Assembly: GCA_038058635.1 (NCBI GenBank)
Contig: JBBUAP010000001.1
Span: 295,877 to 359,876 of the forward strand
Length of the DNA stretch: 64,000 nt
Source: Patescibacteria group bacterium
GTDB lineage: Bacteria > Patescibacteriota > UBA1384 > 2-12-FULL-50-11
Direction: 5' to 3'
Shown here: positions 1 through 8,714 of the stretch, one piece after another
Layout of the letters: each line of letters starts with the position of its first letter
Position numbering within the stretch: position 1 is the stretch's first letter
The notes under the pieces: generated by a model
The model's database searches: none
Told to the model about the DNA's origin: nothing
What the model saw: only the letters and a program-made list of their open reading frames with translations
Position numbers and translations under genes: made by a program

Positions 1-2
1 AA

Positions 3-845
3 ACTCTCCTCGCCCGCGGTTTGCGAGCACTACTACCAAAGTTAGTTGGCGACGAGTTGATTGATGTCGTCAAAATCCACAGCGTTGCTGGCGCCTTAAA
101 ACCGCATCAACCGATCGACACCATCAGCCGGCCGTTTCGCAACCCTCACCACACTGCCAGCCCGGTTGCAATTGTCGGCGGCGGGACGACGGTGCGACCG
201 GGCGAGATTTCGTTGGCCCATCGCGGCGTTTTATTTCTCGACGAACTGCCGGAATTTCCCCGCTCGGTTTTAGAGGCCTTGCGCCAGCCGCTGGAAGACG
301 GCGAGATCCATGTCTCCCGCGCTAATCAAGCCGTTACTTTTCCCGCTCGTTTTCAACTCGTGGCGACGATGAACCCCTGTCCCTGCGGTTGGCTGGACTC
401 CGGCGTCAAAGATTGCATTTGCAGTCCGTTTCAGATTAACGCTTACCGCAAACGGGTCAGCGGCCCGATTATCGATCGAATCGACTTATACCTCCGAGTG
501 CCCGCGGTCAAAATCGCCGAAATGCAAAAAGAGCCAAACGACCAAAGCGAACTAACCGGTTTACGCTCGTTAATATCGCGAACCCGTGATATTCAGTATC
601 GGCGCAATAAAAAGCGCTTGAATCACGAACTTAAAAGCGGGGAGTTGCGTACCAAAATCGGTTTGACGCCGGAAGCGGAAAAGTTGCTTCAGCAAGCGGC
701 CGAGAAGTTTGTCATCACCGGTCGCGGTTACCATCGATTATTGAAAGTGTCGCGGACGATCGCCGATTTGGCCGAAGCCGAATTTGTAACGCCGTCGCAT
801 GTCGCCGAAGCACTTCAGTACCGCTTCAGCGAGAGTACTCGCTGA
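3..845 (+). CDS. Mg-chelatase-like AAA+ ATPase (YifB/ComM family), C-terminal part; 5' end lies outside the window
   Basis: The translation has ComM/YifB-type motifs (VLFLDELPEF, sensor-2 region, CPCGW zinc-finger-like segment, C-terminal HTH-like tail). The ORF is open to the window edge. Confidence 0.7.
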   Translation, partial: TLLARGLRALLPKLVGDELIDVVKIHSVAGALKPHQPIDTISRPFRNPHHTASPVAIVGGGTTVRPGEISLAHRGVLFLDELPEFPRSVLEALRQPLEDGEIHVSRANQAVTFPARFQLVATMNPCPCGWLDSGVKDCICSPFQINAYRKRVSGPIIDRIDLYLRVPAVKIAEMQKEPNDQSELTGLRSLISRTRDIQYRRNKKRLNHELKSGELRTKIGLTPEAEKLLQQAAEKFVITGRGYHRLLKVSRTIADLAEAEFVTPSHVAEALQYRFSESTR

Positions 846-946
846 AGTAACTCAAAACTCAAAGGTCAAAAGTCAAAAGTTTTGAAAATTGTAATCTCGG
901 TGATTTGAGTTTGTTTGGGATTTGGTGCTTGGGATTTGGGGTTTGC

Positions 947-1303
947 TTACGACTGAAGTCGTAAGGCCCAGTAGATCCAGTCGCCGAATTGGTTGAGATA
1001 CGGCGATTTTTGGTCAAAAATAACTGCCGTCACTAGTAGGGCAGCAATAACGACGATACTAACCGCAGTCTTGCGCAGGGCTCGATCGCCCCTCGAGTAC
1101 CCTCGGGGTGACCCTGAGCTGGTCGAAGGGCTGGAAGGCTTAGGACGAGATATTGGAGCCGGAACAACGGCCGACTCGGGTTTCTGAAATGTCTCGATTT
1201 GGGAGCTTTCACCGAAAGAAACGACCGCTCCTTGGGCAACTTGTTGGAGCTGTTGTTTCTTGGCAATTAGCTTTTGGAGGTTTTGTTTCTTCTTTTTACT
1301 CAT
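947..1303 (-). CDS. hypothetical small protein, Lys/Gln-rich N-terminus and C-terminal TM helix
   Basis: 118-aa ORF. A hydrophobic stretch AVSIVVIAALLVTAVIF sits near the C-terminus. No family recognised. Confidence 0.3.
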   Translation of the reverse strand: MSKKKKQNLQKLIAKKQQLQQVAQGAVVSFGESSQIETFQKPESAVVPAPISRPKPSSPSTSSGSPRGYSRGDRALRKTAVSIVVIAALLVTAVIFDQKSPYLNQFGDWIYWALRLQS

Positions 1304-1369
1304 TTGGGAGTATCTTAAGTCCTTTCACTCCTTTACACAACCCCGTCTCAACGGTAGAATAATTTCATT

Positions 1370-1443
1370 GCGGGTATCGTATAACGGTATTATGCCACGT
1401 TGCCAACGTGGAGTCGCGGGTTCGACTCCCGCTACCCGCTCCA
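1370..1443 (+). tRNA. tRNA-Gly (anticodon GCC), CCA encoded
   Basis: Hand-folded cloverleaf. Acceptor GCGGGTA/TACCCGC. Anticodon stem CCACG/CGTGG with loop TTGCCAA. T-arm GCGGG-TTCGACT-CCCGC. Discriminator T then CCA. The D-arm is weak. Confidence 0.8.
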
Positions 1444-1866
1444 ATGTCAGACAACCAGAAAAAGCTTATTGAACTTGCCCGGAGTCTGCTTGGCAAGCTG
1501 TATAAATATGGGGCAAAATTGGAGGAAGCGCCGGAAAGTTTTGATTGCTCAAGTTTCGTTCAGTATCTCTACAAACAAATTGGGTTTGACCTGCCCCGAA
1601 CAGCGCTGGCTCAAGCTTCAATCGGTGAGGTGGTGGCTCCGGGTAAAGAGAAACTCCAGCCAGGCGACTTACTTTTCTTCAAGGGCGGTTGGGGGCATTA
1701 CAACCCGGAATTTCCCGATGGAATTGGTCATGTTGGAATTTATATTGGCGAGGATAAAGTTATTGACGCTCGCTCGGACGGGAAAGAGGGTGGAAGCGTA
1801 ATTGAAGAGCCAGTAATAAACTTTGTTGACCGACCGGATTTCGTGGTTACCAAAAGAATCATCTAA
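1444..1866 (+). CDS. NlpC/P60 family cell-wall peptidase
   Basis: Catalytic Cys context FDCSSFVQY and His context GHVGIYIG, as expected for NlpC/P60. The ATG directly follows the tRNA-Gly CCA. The longer ORF start (1408) overlaps the tRNA. Confidence 0.7.
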   Translation: MSDNQKKLIELARSLLGKLYKYGAKLEEAPESFDCSSFVQYLYKQIGFDLPRTALAQASIGEVVAPGKEKLQPGDLLFFKGGWGHYNPEFPDGIGHVGIYIGEDKVIDARSDGKEGGSVIEEPVINFVDRPDFVVTKRII

Positions 1867-1912
1867 AATAGTCTCGATAATTGGGCATGCTCCAGGTATA
1901 ATACAATCGTTC

Positions 1913-1983
1913 GGCCAGATGCCCGAGTGGTTAGGGAGCGGTCTGCAAAACCGCGTACAGGGGTCCGATTCCCCTTCTGGCCT
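1913..1983 (+). tRNA. tRNA-Cys (anticodon GCA)
   Basis: Acceptor GGCCAGA/TCTGGCC. Anticodon stem GCGGT/ACCGC with loop CTGCAAA. T-arm AGGGG-TCCGATT-CCCCT. Discriminator T. No CCA encoded. Confidence 0.75.
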
Positions 1984-1987
1984 CAAA

Positions 1988-2533
1988 ATGTTTCAGATTG
2001 TGCTTAACGGTCAAAAAATTAGAGCGACCGAGTTTAAATATCCGTGCCTTATTCATGGCAAACAAGGCTCGGGAGCTTCACAATTTACAATTTTCCTTGC
2101 GTCAGATCTATTAAGGCTGGGCAGGGAGGTTATATTTTTTAGTGCCTTTCCTGCCGGCAAGGCAAATCTTCTTGACCAGTTAGGAGACGCCTCTACAAAA
2201 GTGATGCTTCCCGAGTCTGGTAACGAAGAGGCCTTCATAGAGGCGCTTAACAAAGCTAGCGGGGATTCGTTGGCTGTAGTTAAGAATATCGAGGAGTACA
2301 GCAGACAGTTGATGCAGAAAGTTGTCGGTTATGAAAATATCGTCCTTTCCGGGGATTTTGATTTGTTTAAGCACACCGATATCCTACCAGAAGCCCAAAT
2401 ACGCATAATGTTTTCAGCTGTGAATCTACCAGGATTTCCTCGGCAGCTTCCCGCGCTCGACAAATATGAGGGGTTCCTAGCCAGTAACGCTTCGTCGGGT
2501 AGGGTTTCTCTCGCGGTTGGCGAGGGAGAGTAG
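1988..2533 (+). CDS. hypothetical protein, possible degenerate RecA/KaiC-like P-loop fold
   Basis: 181 aa when started at the ATG 5 nt after tRNA-Cys. The 1823 start overlaps the tRNA. A Walker-A-like HGKQGSGAS is weak. No family assigned. Confidence 0.4.
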   Translation: MFQIVLNGQKIRATEFKYPCLIHGKQGSGASQFTIFLASDLLRLGREVIFFSAFPAGKANLLDQLGDASTKVMLPESGNEEAFIEALNKASGDSLAVVKNIEEYSRQLMQKVVGYENIVLSGDFDLFKHTDILPEAQIRIMFSAVNLPGFPRQLPALDKYEGFLASNASSGRVSLAVGEGE

Positions 2534-2607
2534 GCTTCTCTCGAACAGCCAGAATTTTGTATTTCAAGGTTGACCACTAGCTCTGCCGGTGGTAGCATAT
2601 CTCCTAC

Positions 2608-2823
2608 ATGGCTAATATTTTGCAAGTGGGCCAAGTGGTATCCGGGATTCTATTGATCCTGTCGATCCTACTTCAGCACCGGGGAACCGGACTTGGCGGC
2701 GCATTTGGGGGCGAAGGCGTTAGCTACCGTAGTCGAAGAGGCGTTGAACAGCTGTTATTTCGCGGCACGATTTTGTTGGCGGCGATTTTTCTGGTTTGTT
2801 CGGTGGCGCAACTCTTCGTCTAG
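2608..2823 (+). CDS. secG: preprotein translocase subunit SecG
   Basis: 71 aa with two TM helices and a SecG-like LLQ..GTGLGGAFGG motif. Confidence 0.7.
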   Translation: MANILQVGQVVSGILLILSILLQHRGTGLGGAFGGEGVSYRSRRGVEQLLFRGTILLAAIFLVCSVAQLFV

Positions 2824-2829
2824 CCCAAT

Positions 2830-4152
2830 ATGTCACTACCCGATTTTTGGGCTGATATATTCAAAAAACCTTGGCGTCGGCTCGGCCGAATCATTGCCAA
2901 GCACGAAAAAGTGCTCTTAGCGATTTTAGCGGTCGTTATTTTAATTAGCGGCGGTTTTTGGTATCGGCAATTCTCCCAAAAGGATGCCAGCCAGCCGACT
3001 ATCGGCGGCACTTATGTTGAGGGGATCGTGTTCGATTCCGACAAAAAAGAGCTCAATCAAATTACGATGCGGCTGACTAAAGCCGGATTGCTCGGTTTTT
3101 CCGCCGAGGGTAATTTGGAGCCGCAGTTGGCCGAGAAGTGGTCGACGAATGACACTAAAACGGAATTCCGGCTGACGCTGGAGGCGAACATTGATCGCGG
3201 GGAAATTGTTGACGCTCTCCAACAAAGAAGCGATCTGCTCGGCAATGTCGATGTTAAAGCCGATGCCGAACGCGATATCATCCTGACCGTGACCGAAGCT
3301 AGCCCGAGCCTGCCATTACTTTTAACTCGACCGATGTTTGATTACGGACCGTATAAACTCGGTAAAGCCAACGACCAAACGACCGTTTTCTCCCGCAACA
3401 CCCGCAAAGGAGCGCTGGCCGCCTACATCAATAAAATTATTATTCATACTTACCCAAACAACGATGAGCTGAAAGATGCCCTGGTTCGCAACCGAATTGA
3501 CGGGGCGGTTTTGCCTTCGAGCAACGAGACGATCAAAAAGTACCAACGAATTGAGATTGGTCTCAACCGCTATTACGCCGTCATGTTCAACATCAATAAA
3601 GTGCCGTTTCGGGATGTTGGTTTGCGCCAGAGCTTAATCAATAGTACTGGCGCTAGTGCTCAACCGTTCAGTCTGACGGCGCCAGATCAAGAGCCGTACA
3701 AGAGCTTGAGCCAAGAATTGGTGACGAAATGGCAAGCGCTGGGTGCTAAAGTCGAACTTGATTTGCGGCCGCTGGAAGAAGTGACTGGCTCGATCGGCCC
3801 GACTCGCAACTTCCAGGCCTTGCTCATCGGGATCGATTACGGTGCGGAGCTCGATCCTTACTACATCTGGCATTCAACTCAAGTTCGAGCAACTGGCAAC
3901 AATGTCACCGGCGTTCGGGAAGAGGCGGTGGATAAACTGGTTGACCAAATCCGTTCGACGCTTGATGTTAGCGACCGAGAAGATTTGATCGTCCAACTTC
4001 ACCAATTACTAGCGACCAAGGGTGTGGCCTTGATTCTTCAGGGCGAAAAAGTGGAATATTACCTATCAAACAAAATCCATTTTGTCGCCCCAACTTTGCC
4101 AAAATCCTCGGCTGACCGATTCCTCTTAGCCGCCCAGTGGTCAGTGAAGTAG
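2830..4152 (+). CDS. membrane-anchored extracellular solute-binding-like protein (possible SBP family 5 / peptide-binding fold)
   Basis: N-terminal TM anchor followed by a roughly 400-aa soluble domain whose layout resembles OppA/DppA-type binding proteins. No permease gene is adjacent. Confidence 0.4.
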   Translation: MSLPDFWADIFKKPWRRLGRIIAKHEKVLLAILAVVILISGGFWYRQFSQKDASQPTIGGTYVEGIVFDSDKKELNQITMRLTKAGLLGFSAEGNLEPQLAEKWSTNDTKTEFRLTLEANIDRGEIVDALQQRSDLLGNVDVKADAERDIILTVTEASPSLPLLLTRPMFDYGPYKLGKANDQTTVFSRNTRKGALAAYINKIIIHTYPNNDELKDALVRNRIDGAVLPSSNETIKKYQRIEIGLNRYYAVMFNINKVPFRDVGLRQSLINSTGASAQPFSLTAPDQEPYKSLSQELVTKWQALGAKVELDLRPLEEVTGSIGPTRNFQALLIGIDYGAELDPYYIWHSTQVRATGNNVTGVREEAVDKLVDQIRSTLDVSDREDLIVQLHQLLATKGVALILQGEKVEYYLSNKIHFVAPTLPKSSADRFLLAAQWSVK

Positions 4153-4193
4153 TGAAATTACCGCCTGTAACGGGTATGATATAGATTGGATTG

Positions 4194-4276
4194 GCCTGGG
4201 TGGTGGAATGGCAGACACGCTGGATTCAGGTTCCAGTGCTCGCAAGAGTGTGGAGGTTCGACTCCTCTTCCAGGCA
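4194..4276 (+). tRNA. tRNA-Leu (anticodon CAG), long variable arm
   Basis: Acceptor GCCTGGG/TCCAGGC with one G-U pair. Anticodon stem CTGGA/TCCAG with loop TTCAGGT. Variable hairpin GCTC-GCAA-GAG. T-arm GGAGG-TTCGACT-CCTCT. Discriminator A. Confidence 0.8.
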
Positions 4277-4279
4277 CAT

Positions 4280-4957
4280 ATGAAACCACTAGGGAGGGTG
4301 TGTTGCGATTGGACTCCAGAATTAGCGTATGCGATTGGATTGATAGTGACGGATGGGAGTTTATATAATGATGGACGACATCTAAACCTTACATCTAAAG
4401 ATCTTGAGCAAATAAAAACTTTCGCGAGTATTCTGGGGCTAAAAAATAAAATCGGCAAAAAAGCCAGTGGCAGTAACAAGTCTAAGGATTATTATAATTT
4501 TCAGTTCGGAGACGTCAACTTCTATCGCTTTCTTGTCTCGATTGGGGTGACTCCAAATAAAACTAAGACGATCGGATCGGTAGATATTCCGAAGCGATAC
4601 TTTCGCGATTTCTTGAGAGGTCACTTCGATGGGGACGGGTGCACGTATTCGTACTACGATCCTCGTTGGCGCAAGAGCTTCCTGCTTTACTTAAATTTTA
4701 TATCTGCAAGCAAAAAACACATGGTATGGATTTGTAAGGAGATAGCTAGCAATGCAGGGGTTCAGGGAAGGGTTACGCGCTCTGGCGCAAGTATTTTTCA
4801 GGTGCGCTTTGCAAAATACGATTCGATGAAATTATTTAGATTCATTTATTACAAACCCGAGCTACCCTGTTTGACTAGAAAGAGGCTAAAGTTTACCGAG
4901 GCAGTAACGCGTGCAACCCTAGCTACGGAGTCGACTACGCAGTATAATTACACGTGA
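4280..4957 (+). CDS. LAGLIDADG-family homing endonuclease (double-motif, single chain)
   Basis: Two LAGLIDADG motifs: LAYAIGLIVTDGSL and FLRGHFDGDGCT. The ATG lies 3 nt after the tRNA-Leu(CAG) discriminator and the stop lies 3 nt before tRNA-Leu(GAG). The longer 4208 start overlaps the tRNA. Confidence 0.8.
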   Translation: MKPLGRVCCDWTPELAYAIGLIVTDGSLYNDGRHLNLTSKDLEQIKTFASILGLKNKIGKKASGSNKSKDYYNFQFGDVNFYRFLVSIGVTPNKTKTIGSVDIPKRYFRDFLRGHFDGDGCTYSYYDPRWRKSFLLYLNFISASKKHMVWICKEIASNAGVQGRVTRSGASIFQVRFAKYDSMKLFRFIYYKPELPCLTRKRLKFTEAVTRATLATESTTQYNYT

Positions 4958-4960
4958 TTT

Positions 4961-5047
4961 GCCCAGGTGGAGAAATCGGTAAACTCGCAGCCTTGAGGTG
5001 GCTGTGCTCGAAAGAGCTTGGAGGTTCAAGTCCTCTCCTGGGCACCA
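4961..5047 (+). tRNA. tRNA-Leu (anticodon GAG), long variable arm, CCA encoded
   Basis: Acceptor GCCCAGG/CCTGGGC. Anticodon stem CAGCC/GGCTG with loop TTGAGGT. Variable hairpin. T-arm GGAGG-TTCAAGT-CCTCT. Discriminator A then CCA. Confidence 0.8.
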
Positions 5048-5149
5048 CGTAGTAACTTGTTCGGAAATGACTGCTCCGCGAGGGTGCGGCGGATCTTTAC
5101 CCAGCACCAGTAGTAACTTTTGGGCTGAGTGATACGATGATGAAACAGA

Positions 5150-6634
5150 ATGAAAGAGTTGGATTTGGTTGCTTATATCAAGGAACAGCTTGGCTCCAAG
5201 CAAACCGTTCAGGCGGTTATTACCTCCTTGGAAGCCGAGGGCTATAACCAAGAACAGATTGATGCGGCATTTCGGCTGGCTCTCCATCCCGCAAGTAGCA
5301 TTAACGGCGGCGGGGCAATTGGAAGCTCCGAGCCCAAAAAGGCCCTCTTCAATTTTAGTCATTTCGACTTAACACGCGCCTTTCTTTTTCTTGGCTCAAT
5401 TCTAGTGCTCGTCGCCCTGATCATCGTTATTTATTCGCAGTGGGCGACCGTCACGCCTTTGGTGCGTATTTCCTTTTTGGCTCTGCCGATGCTGGCCTTG
5501 TATCTAACGGCCGGGTACTTAGCAAAAAAGCCCAACTACAGTGATGCCTTTCGAATCTGCTTGGCGACGGCTAGCTTGATGCTGCCTTTTACCATCGGCA
5601 CTCTTCTTTATCAAACCGGCATTCTACCGACGATCGGCGAGCTCCTCTTTTTCTGCTCGGCCGCCAGCGCCTTAATTATCTACATTCTCTTTGAATACAT
5701 CTTCAAACAAACCTATCTCTCGTTTTTGACGGTGACCGCTTTCGCTGTGGCCTTGGTCTCGTTACTGACGACTTTGGCGCTCGATATCCTACCGACACTC
5801 TGGATAATGCTGATCGCCTCGGCCCTCGTCGCGGCCTGGGGAATATTTTTAGCCAGCCGGCAAAGGTCGGGCTGCAGTATTTACATTACCGTTGGGACAA
5901 TCGCCACCCTCGTCCTACTGCCAGCCAGCACTCTAACCACCCTCGGTCAAAACGCCGGCATTTCCTATCAGTCGTCGCTCGTTATTGTGGCCGGCTTTGG
6001 TTTGCTCAACCTGGCCGTTGCCTCGTTCTATAATGTTTGTCGAGGCCTCTGGCAGCCGGAGGTTTTTTATCGCATCAAACGCTTACTGGAAGAGACAGCC
6101 ATTCTGGTGATTCTGACGCCGTTGTTGATTTTGGGCTTTCAAGAAGATGCCTACATCTTCGTGGCTTTGGCTTTCAGCTTGGGCTTCGTCCTGCTACGAA
6201 CCCAAGTGGCGATTTCTAGCTTGGCCACTTTTGGGGCAATAGGCACAGTCATCAGCGTTATTGCCATCTCTAGCCAATTCTTTGCCGATTCGATCGGTTG
6301 GCCGATCATTGTTTTTCTGGCCGGCTTCGTCGCTATCGGCTTGGGTTTACTAATTCGAAAAATGACGGTCTTCAATCGATTCAACACTCAAGCGACGCTG
6401 CGGCTGGGCTTGGGGCAGGATCCGGCTTTTGAGTCGCGAGGCCATACCTTCGCCTGGGCCAAGACTCTGGGGGCGCTACTACTAATCTTACTGCTGTTCC
6501 AATTTGTGGCAGCATCGCTGACGGGGCTTAGCGGTAATCGCAATTTCGATTCACCAACAAAGACCCCGACTGAGCCGTATCAAGAGCGAGTCCCCGCTTC
6601 ATCTAGTAGTGTTGAGGAGGCGATCGGTGATTAA
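5150..6634 (+). CDS. polytopic integral membrane protein, about 12 TM helices, function unknown
   Basis: 494 aa. Soluble N-terminal 60 aa followed by many hydrophobic helices. Confidence 0.5.
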   Translation: MKELDLVAYIKEQLGSKQTVQAVITSLEAEGYNQEQIDAAFRLALHPASSINGGGAIGSSEPKKALFNFSHFDLTRAFLFLGSILVLVALIIVIYSQWATVTPLVRISFLALPMLALYLTAGYLAKKPNYSDAFRICLATASLMLPFTIGTLLYQTGILPTIGELLFFCSAASALIIYILFEYIFKQTYLSFLTVTAFAVALVSLLTTLALDILPTLWIMLIASALVAAWGIFLASRQRSGCSIYITVGTIATLVLLPASTLTTLGQNAGISYQSSLVIVAGFGLLNLAVASFYNVCRGLWQPEVFYRIKRLLEETAILVILTPLLILGFQEDAYIFVALAFSLGFVLLRTQVAISSLATFGAIGTVISVIAISSQFFADSIGWPIIVFLAGFVAIGLGLLIRKMTVFNRFNTQATLRLGLGQDPAFESRGHTFAWAKTLGALLLILLLFQFVAASLTGLSGNRNFDSPTKTPTEPYQERVPASSSSVEEAIGD

Positions 6635-7946
6635 ATTTAAGGGGCCGTTATCTCTCCTGGCAATAGTTCTGGTGGCGATCGGCTTAATCGTCGCCGTTTC
6701 GGTTTGGCTGGCCAATATCGAAGGCGGCGTTAGTTTTACGGCCACGCCACTTACCCTTACGAATACAAATTCCCAGCCGGGAATATTGGCTCAACAGTCA
6801 ACCTCGTTAAATTGGCTCGATCCAACTAGCGGTCAGAGCGTCAAAAAAATAACGGTCGAAGGCTTGAACGATGTCTCGACGGTTACTTACGATACGACCA
6901 GCACTAATCAGGAAATCTACAAAGTTTCTTCCGATGGCAAGTACCTGGCGTTAGCTAGCCCGACAACGACCGTTCTCTACGGTTATCCCTACTCGAAAAC
7001 AAATACGGTCGAGGCGACGATCGTAATCGTCGATCTAGCCAGCGGTGAGGCTCAAACAGTCGTCAAATTCGATCCCAAAACGGCGCTGGTGGATATCGCC
7101 TGGGATTTTTCCAACCCTGATGTGATTGGCTTTGCCACCGTCTCTAAAGCCAGCTTGAGTAACCGTTACGAGGTATTACCGATGATGATGCTTTACCCGG
7201 GCCCAGCTACCAATTTGGGTAAATTACACCTAACACGACTGGATTTACGGACCGCTCAATCAAAAAGTACGGAATACGAATTAAGTAATGTCAACTACAA
7301 TCCGCCCATGTTAATGGGCTTAAACGAGACCAAGTTTTGGCTGATCAACAACTCGCTGACTTCCGTTAGTGCTGAAGGCGCGGTCAGTCAGGAGAGCGAC
7401 GTAGTTGCAACTTCTGCATACTACAACAGCGCCAATTTTGGCAATCTCGCCACCAACAACGATCATTCGGTGGTGGCGCTGACTGCGGACAACAAGATCG
7501 TCGTTTACTGGCTCAAGACTGGTCAAAAGCAGGAGCTTAATTTAGCCCAGACCAGTAGAAATATCCAGGTTACTAGCCTAGCGGTATCTAGGAGCGGTAC
7601 CGAGATTGCTTTTGTTGGCCAAACTCTCAATTCAGGAGCGGCGCCAGTTTATGTCAGCCAAAGCCTTCTCTGGTATTACAACCTTGACACCGGTGTTAGC
7701 GAAGAGCTAATCACTTGGACCGACAGCCCAACATTTGGTGGGGTTAAACCCATTCAGGCCGATCAAATTAGTCGGTCGCTGGTTTGGTCGCCGGACGGTA
7801 AGCAGTTGGCGGCAATTTTGCCAAAAAGCGATTCCGCGAGTCCGCTGGCGCAATCAGAGCTGAAAATTTTCACGATTGGAACAAACGGTCGGACAGCCAC
7901 GGTAGACTTGGGAGCTGTCAGCACTCGACTGATTCGCTGGCAGTAG
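6627..7946 (+). CDS. membrane-anchored beta-propeller protein (TolB/PD40-like repeats)
   Basis: GTG start preceded by GAGGAGG with a 6-nt spacer. N-terminal TM anchor. Repeated SPDGK / SRSGTEIAF motifs typical of PD40 blades. Confidence 0.5.
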   Translation: MIKFKGPLSLLAIVLVAIGLIVAVSVWLANIEGGVSFTATPLTLTNTNSQPGILAQQSTSLNWLDPTSGQSVKKITVEGLNDVSTVTYDTTSTNQEIYKVSSDGKYLALASPTTTVLYGYPYSKTNTVEATIVIVDLASGEAQTVVKFDPKTALVDIAWDFSNPDVIGFATVSKASLSNRYEVLPMMMLYPGPATNLGKLHLTRLDLRTAQSKSTEYELSNVNYNPPMLMGLNETKFWLINNSLTSVSAEGAVSQESDVVATSAYYNSANFGNLATNNDHSVVALTADNKIVVYWLKTGQKQELNLAQTSRNIQVTSLAVSRSGTEIAFVGQTLNSGAAPVYVSQSLLWYYNLDTGVSEELITWTDSPTFGGVKPIQADQISRSLVWSPDGKQLAAILPKSDSASPLAQSELKIFTIGTNGRTATVDLGAVSTRLIRWQ

Positions 7947-7973
7947 CCACTTCTGTTTGTTACACTATTACGA

Positions 7974-8714
7974 ATGAGAAGGTGGGCTAAAGTACTAGCG
8001 TGGACAGGCGTCAGTCTGGTTGGGCTGGGCGTACTTTTATTCGTCCTCGGCCCGGCTCTTTTTGCTAGCATCGCCTACCCGCTACCTCAAGAGTATCAAC
8101 AAACTGTTTGCGATGAAGCCAAGAACTTCAATGTTGAGCCAAAACTTCTGGCCGGACTGATCTTTACCGAGAGTCGCTGGATTCCGACCGCCCAATCTGG
8201 TGCCGGCGCCCAAGGATTGACTCAATTTATTTCCGGTACGGCTATATCAGTGGCGAAGCACTTGGAGGTCAGCCCATTTCAGCCCAGCGACCTTAAAACT
8301 AATCCGAAGATGGCGATCAGATTCGGGGCTTACTATCTGGGCGATTTAGTTAATCGGCGTTACGGCGGCAATAAAATCAAGGCCTTGATCGCCTATAACG
8401 GCGGTGGCGGCGCTGTCATCGGCTACGAACAGGGCTATCCGTTCAAAGGGACGCTGGCTTACGCCAATAAAGTAATAGCCGTTGGTGATATGTATGCAAA
8501 TATCTACGGCGACTGGTGCAACCGGGCCGAGTTGCCTAATCTGTCGGCCAAAGCCCAAAACCCCACCGATCTGTTGACGACCATCAACATCGGCGATTTC
8601 TGGAAAGGACTCTTGAGTAGCGAAGCGGTCACGAATGATGGTCAGGCAGATACCACCAATGATTCAAAGAGCTTTGATTTCGGCTCGTTTTGGCAAAGAC
8701 TTATTAATAATTGA
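7974..8714 (+). CDS. lytic transglycosylase (SLT domain), membrane-anchored
   Basis: SLT signature ESRWIPTAQSGAGAQGLTQF and an AYNGG motif. N-terminal TM helix. Confidence 0.75.
   Translation: MRRWAKVLAWTGVSLVGLGVLLFVLGPALFASIAYPLPQEYQQTVCDEAKNFNVEPKLLAGLIFTESRWIPTAQSGAGAQGLTQFISGTAISVAKHLEVSPFQPSDLKTNPKMAIRFGAYYLGDLVNRRYGGNKIKALIAYNGGGGAVIGYEQGYPFKGTLAYANKVIAVGDMYANIYGDWCNRAELPNLSAKAQNPTDLLTTINIGDFWKGLLSSEAVTNDGQADTTNDSKSFDFGSFWQRLINN

Noticed and set aside
1400-1801. 133-aa ORF and the 1408 start of the NlpC/P60 ORF overlapping tRNA-Gly
   Set aside because: Both overlap a well-folded tRNA. The ATG at 1444 right after CCA gives a homology-consistent N-terminus. The 1400 ORF is in an alternative frame of the peptidase gene.
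1823-1987. N-terminal 55-codon extension of the 1823-2533 ORF
   Set aside because: It runs through tRNA-Cys (1913-1983). An internal ATG at 1988 is used instead.
4208-4279. N-terminal extension of the LAGLIDADG ORF (MADTLDSG...)
   Set aside because: It lies entirely inside tRNA-Leu(CAG). The ATG at 4280 follows the tRNA.
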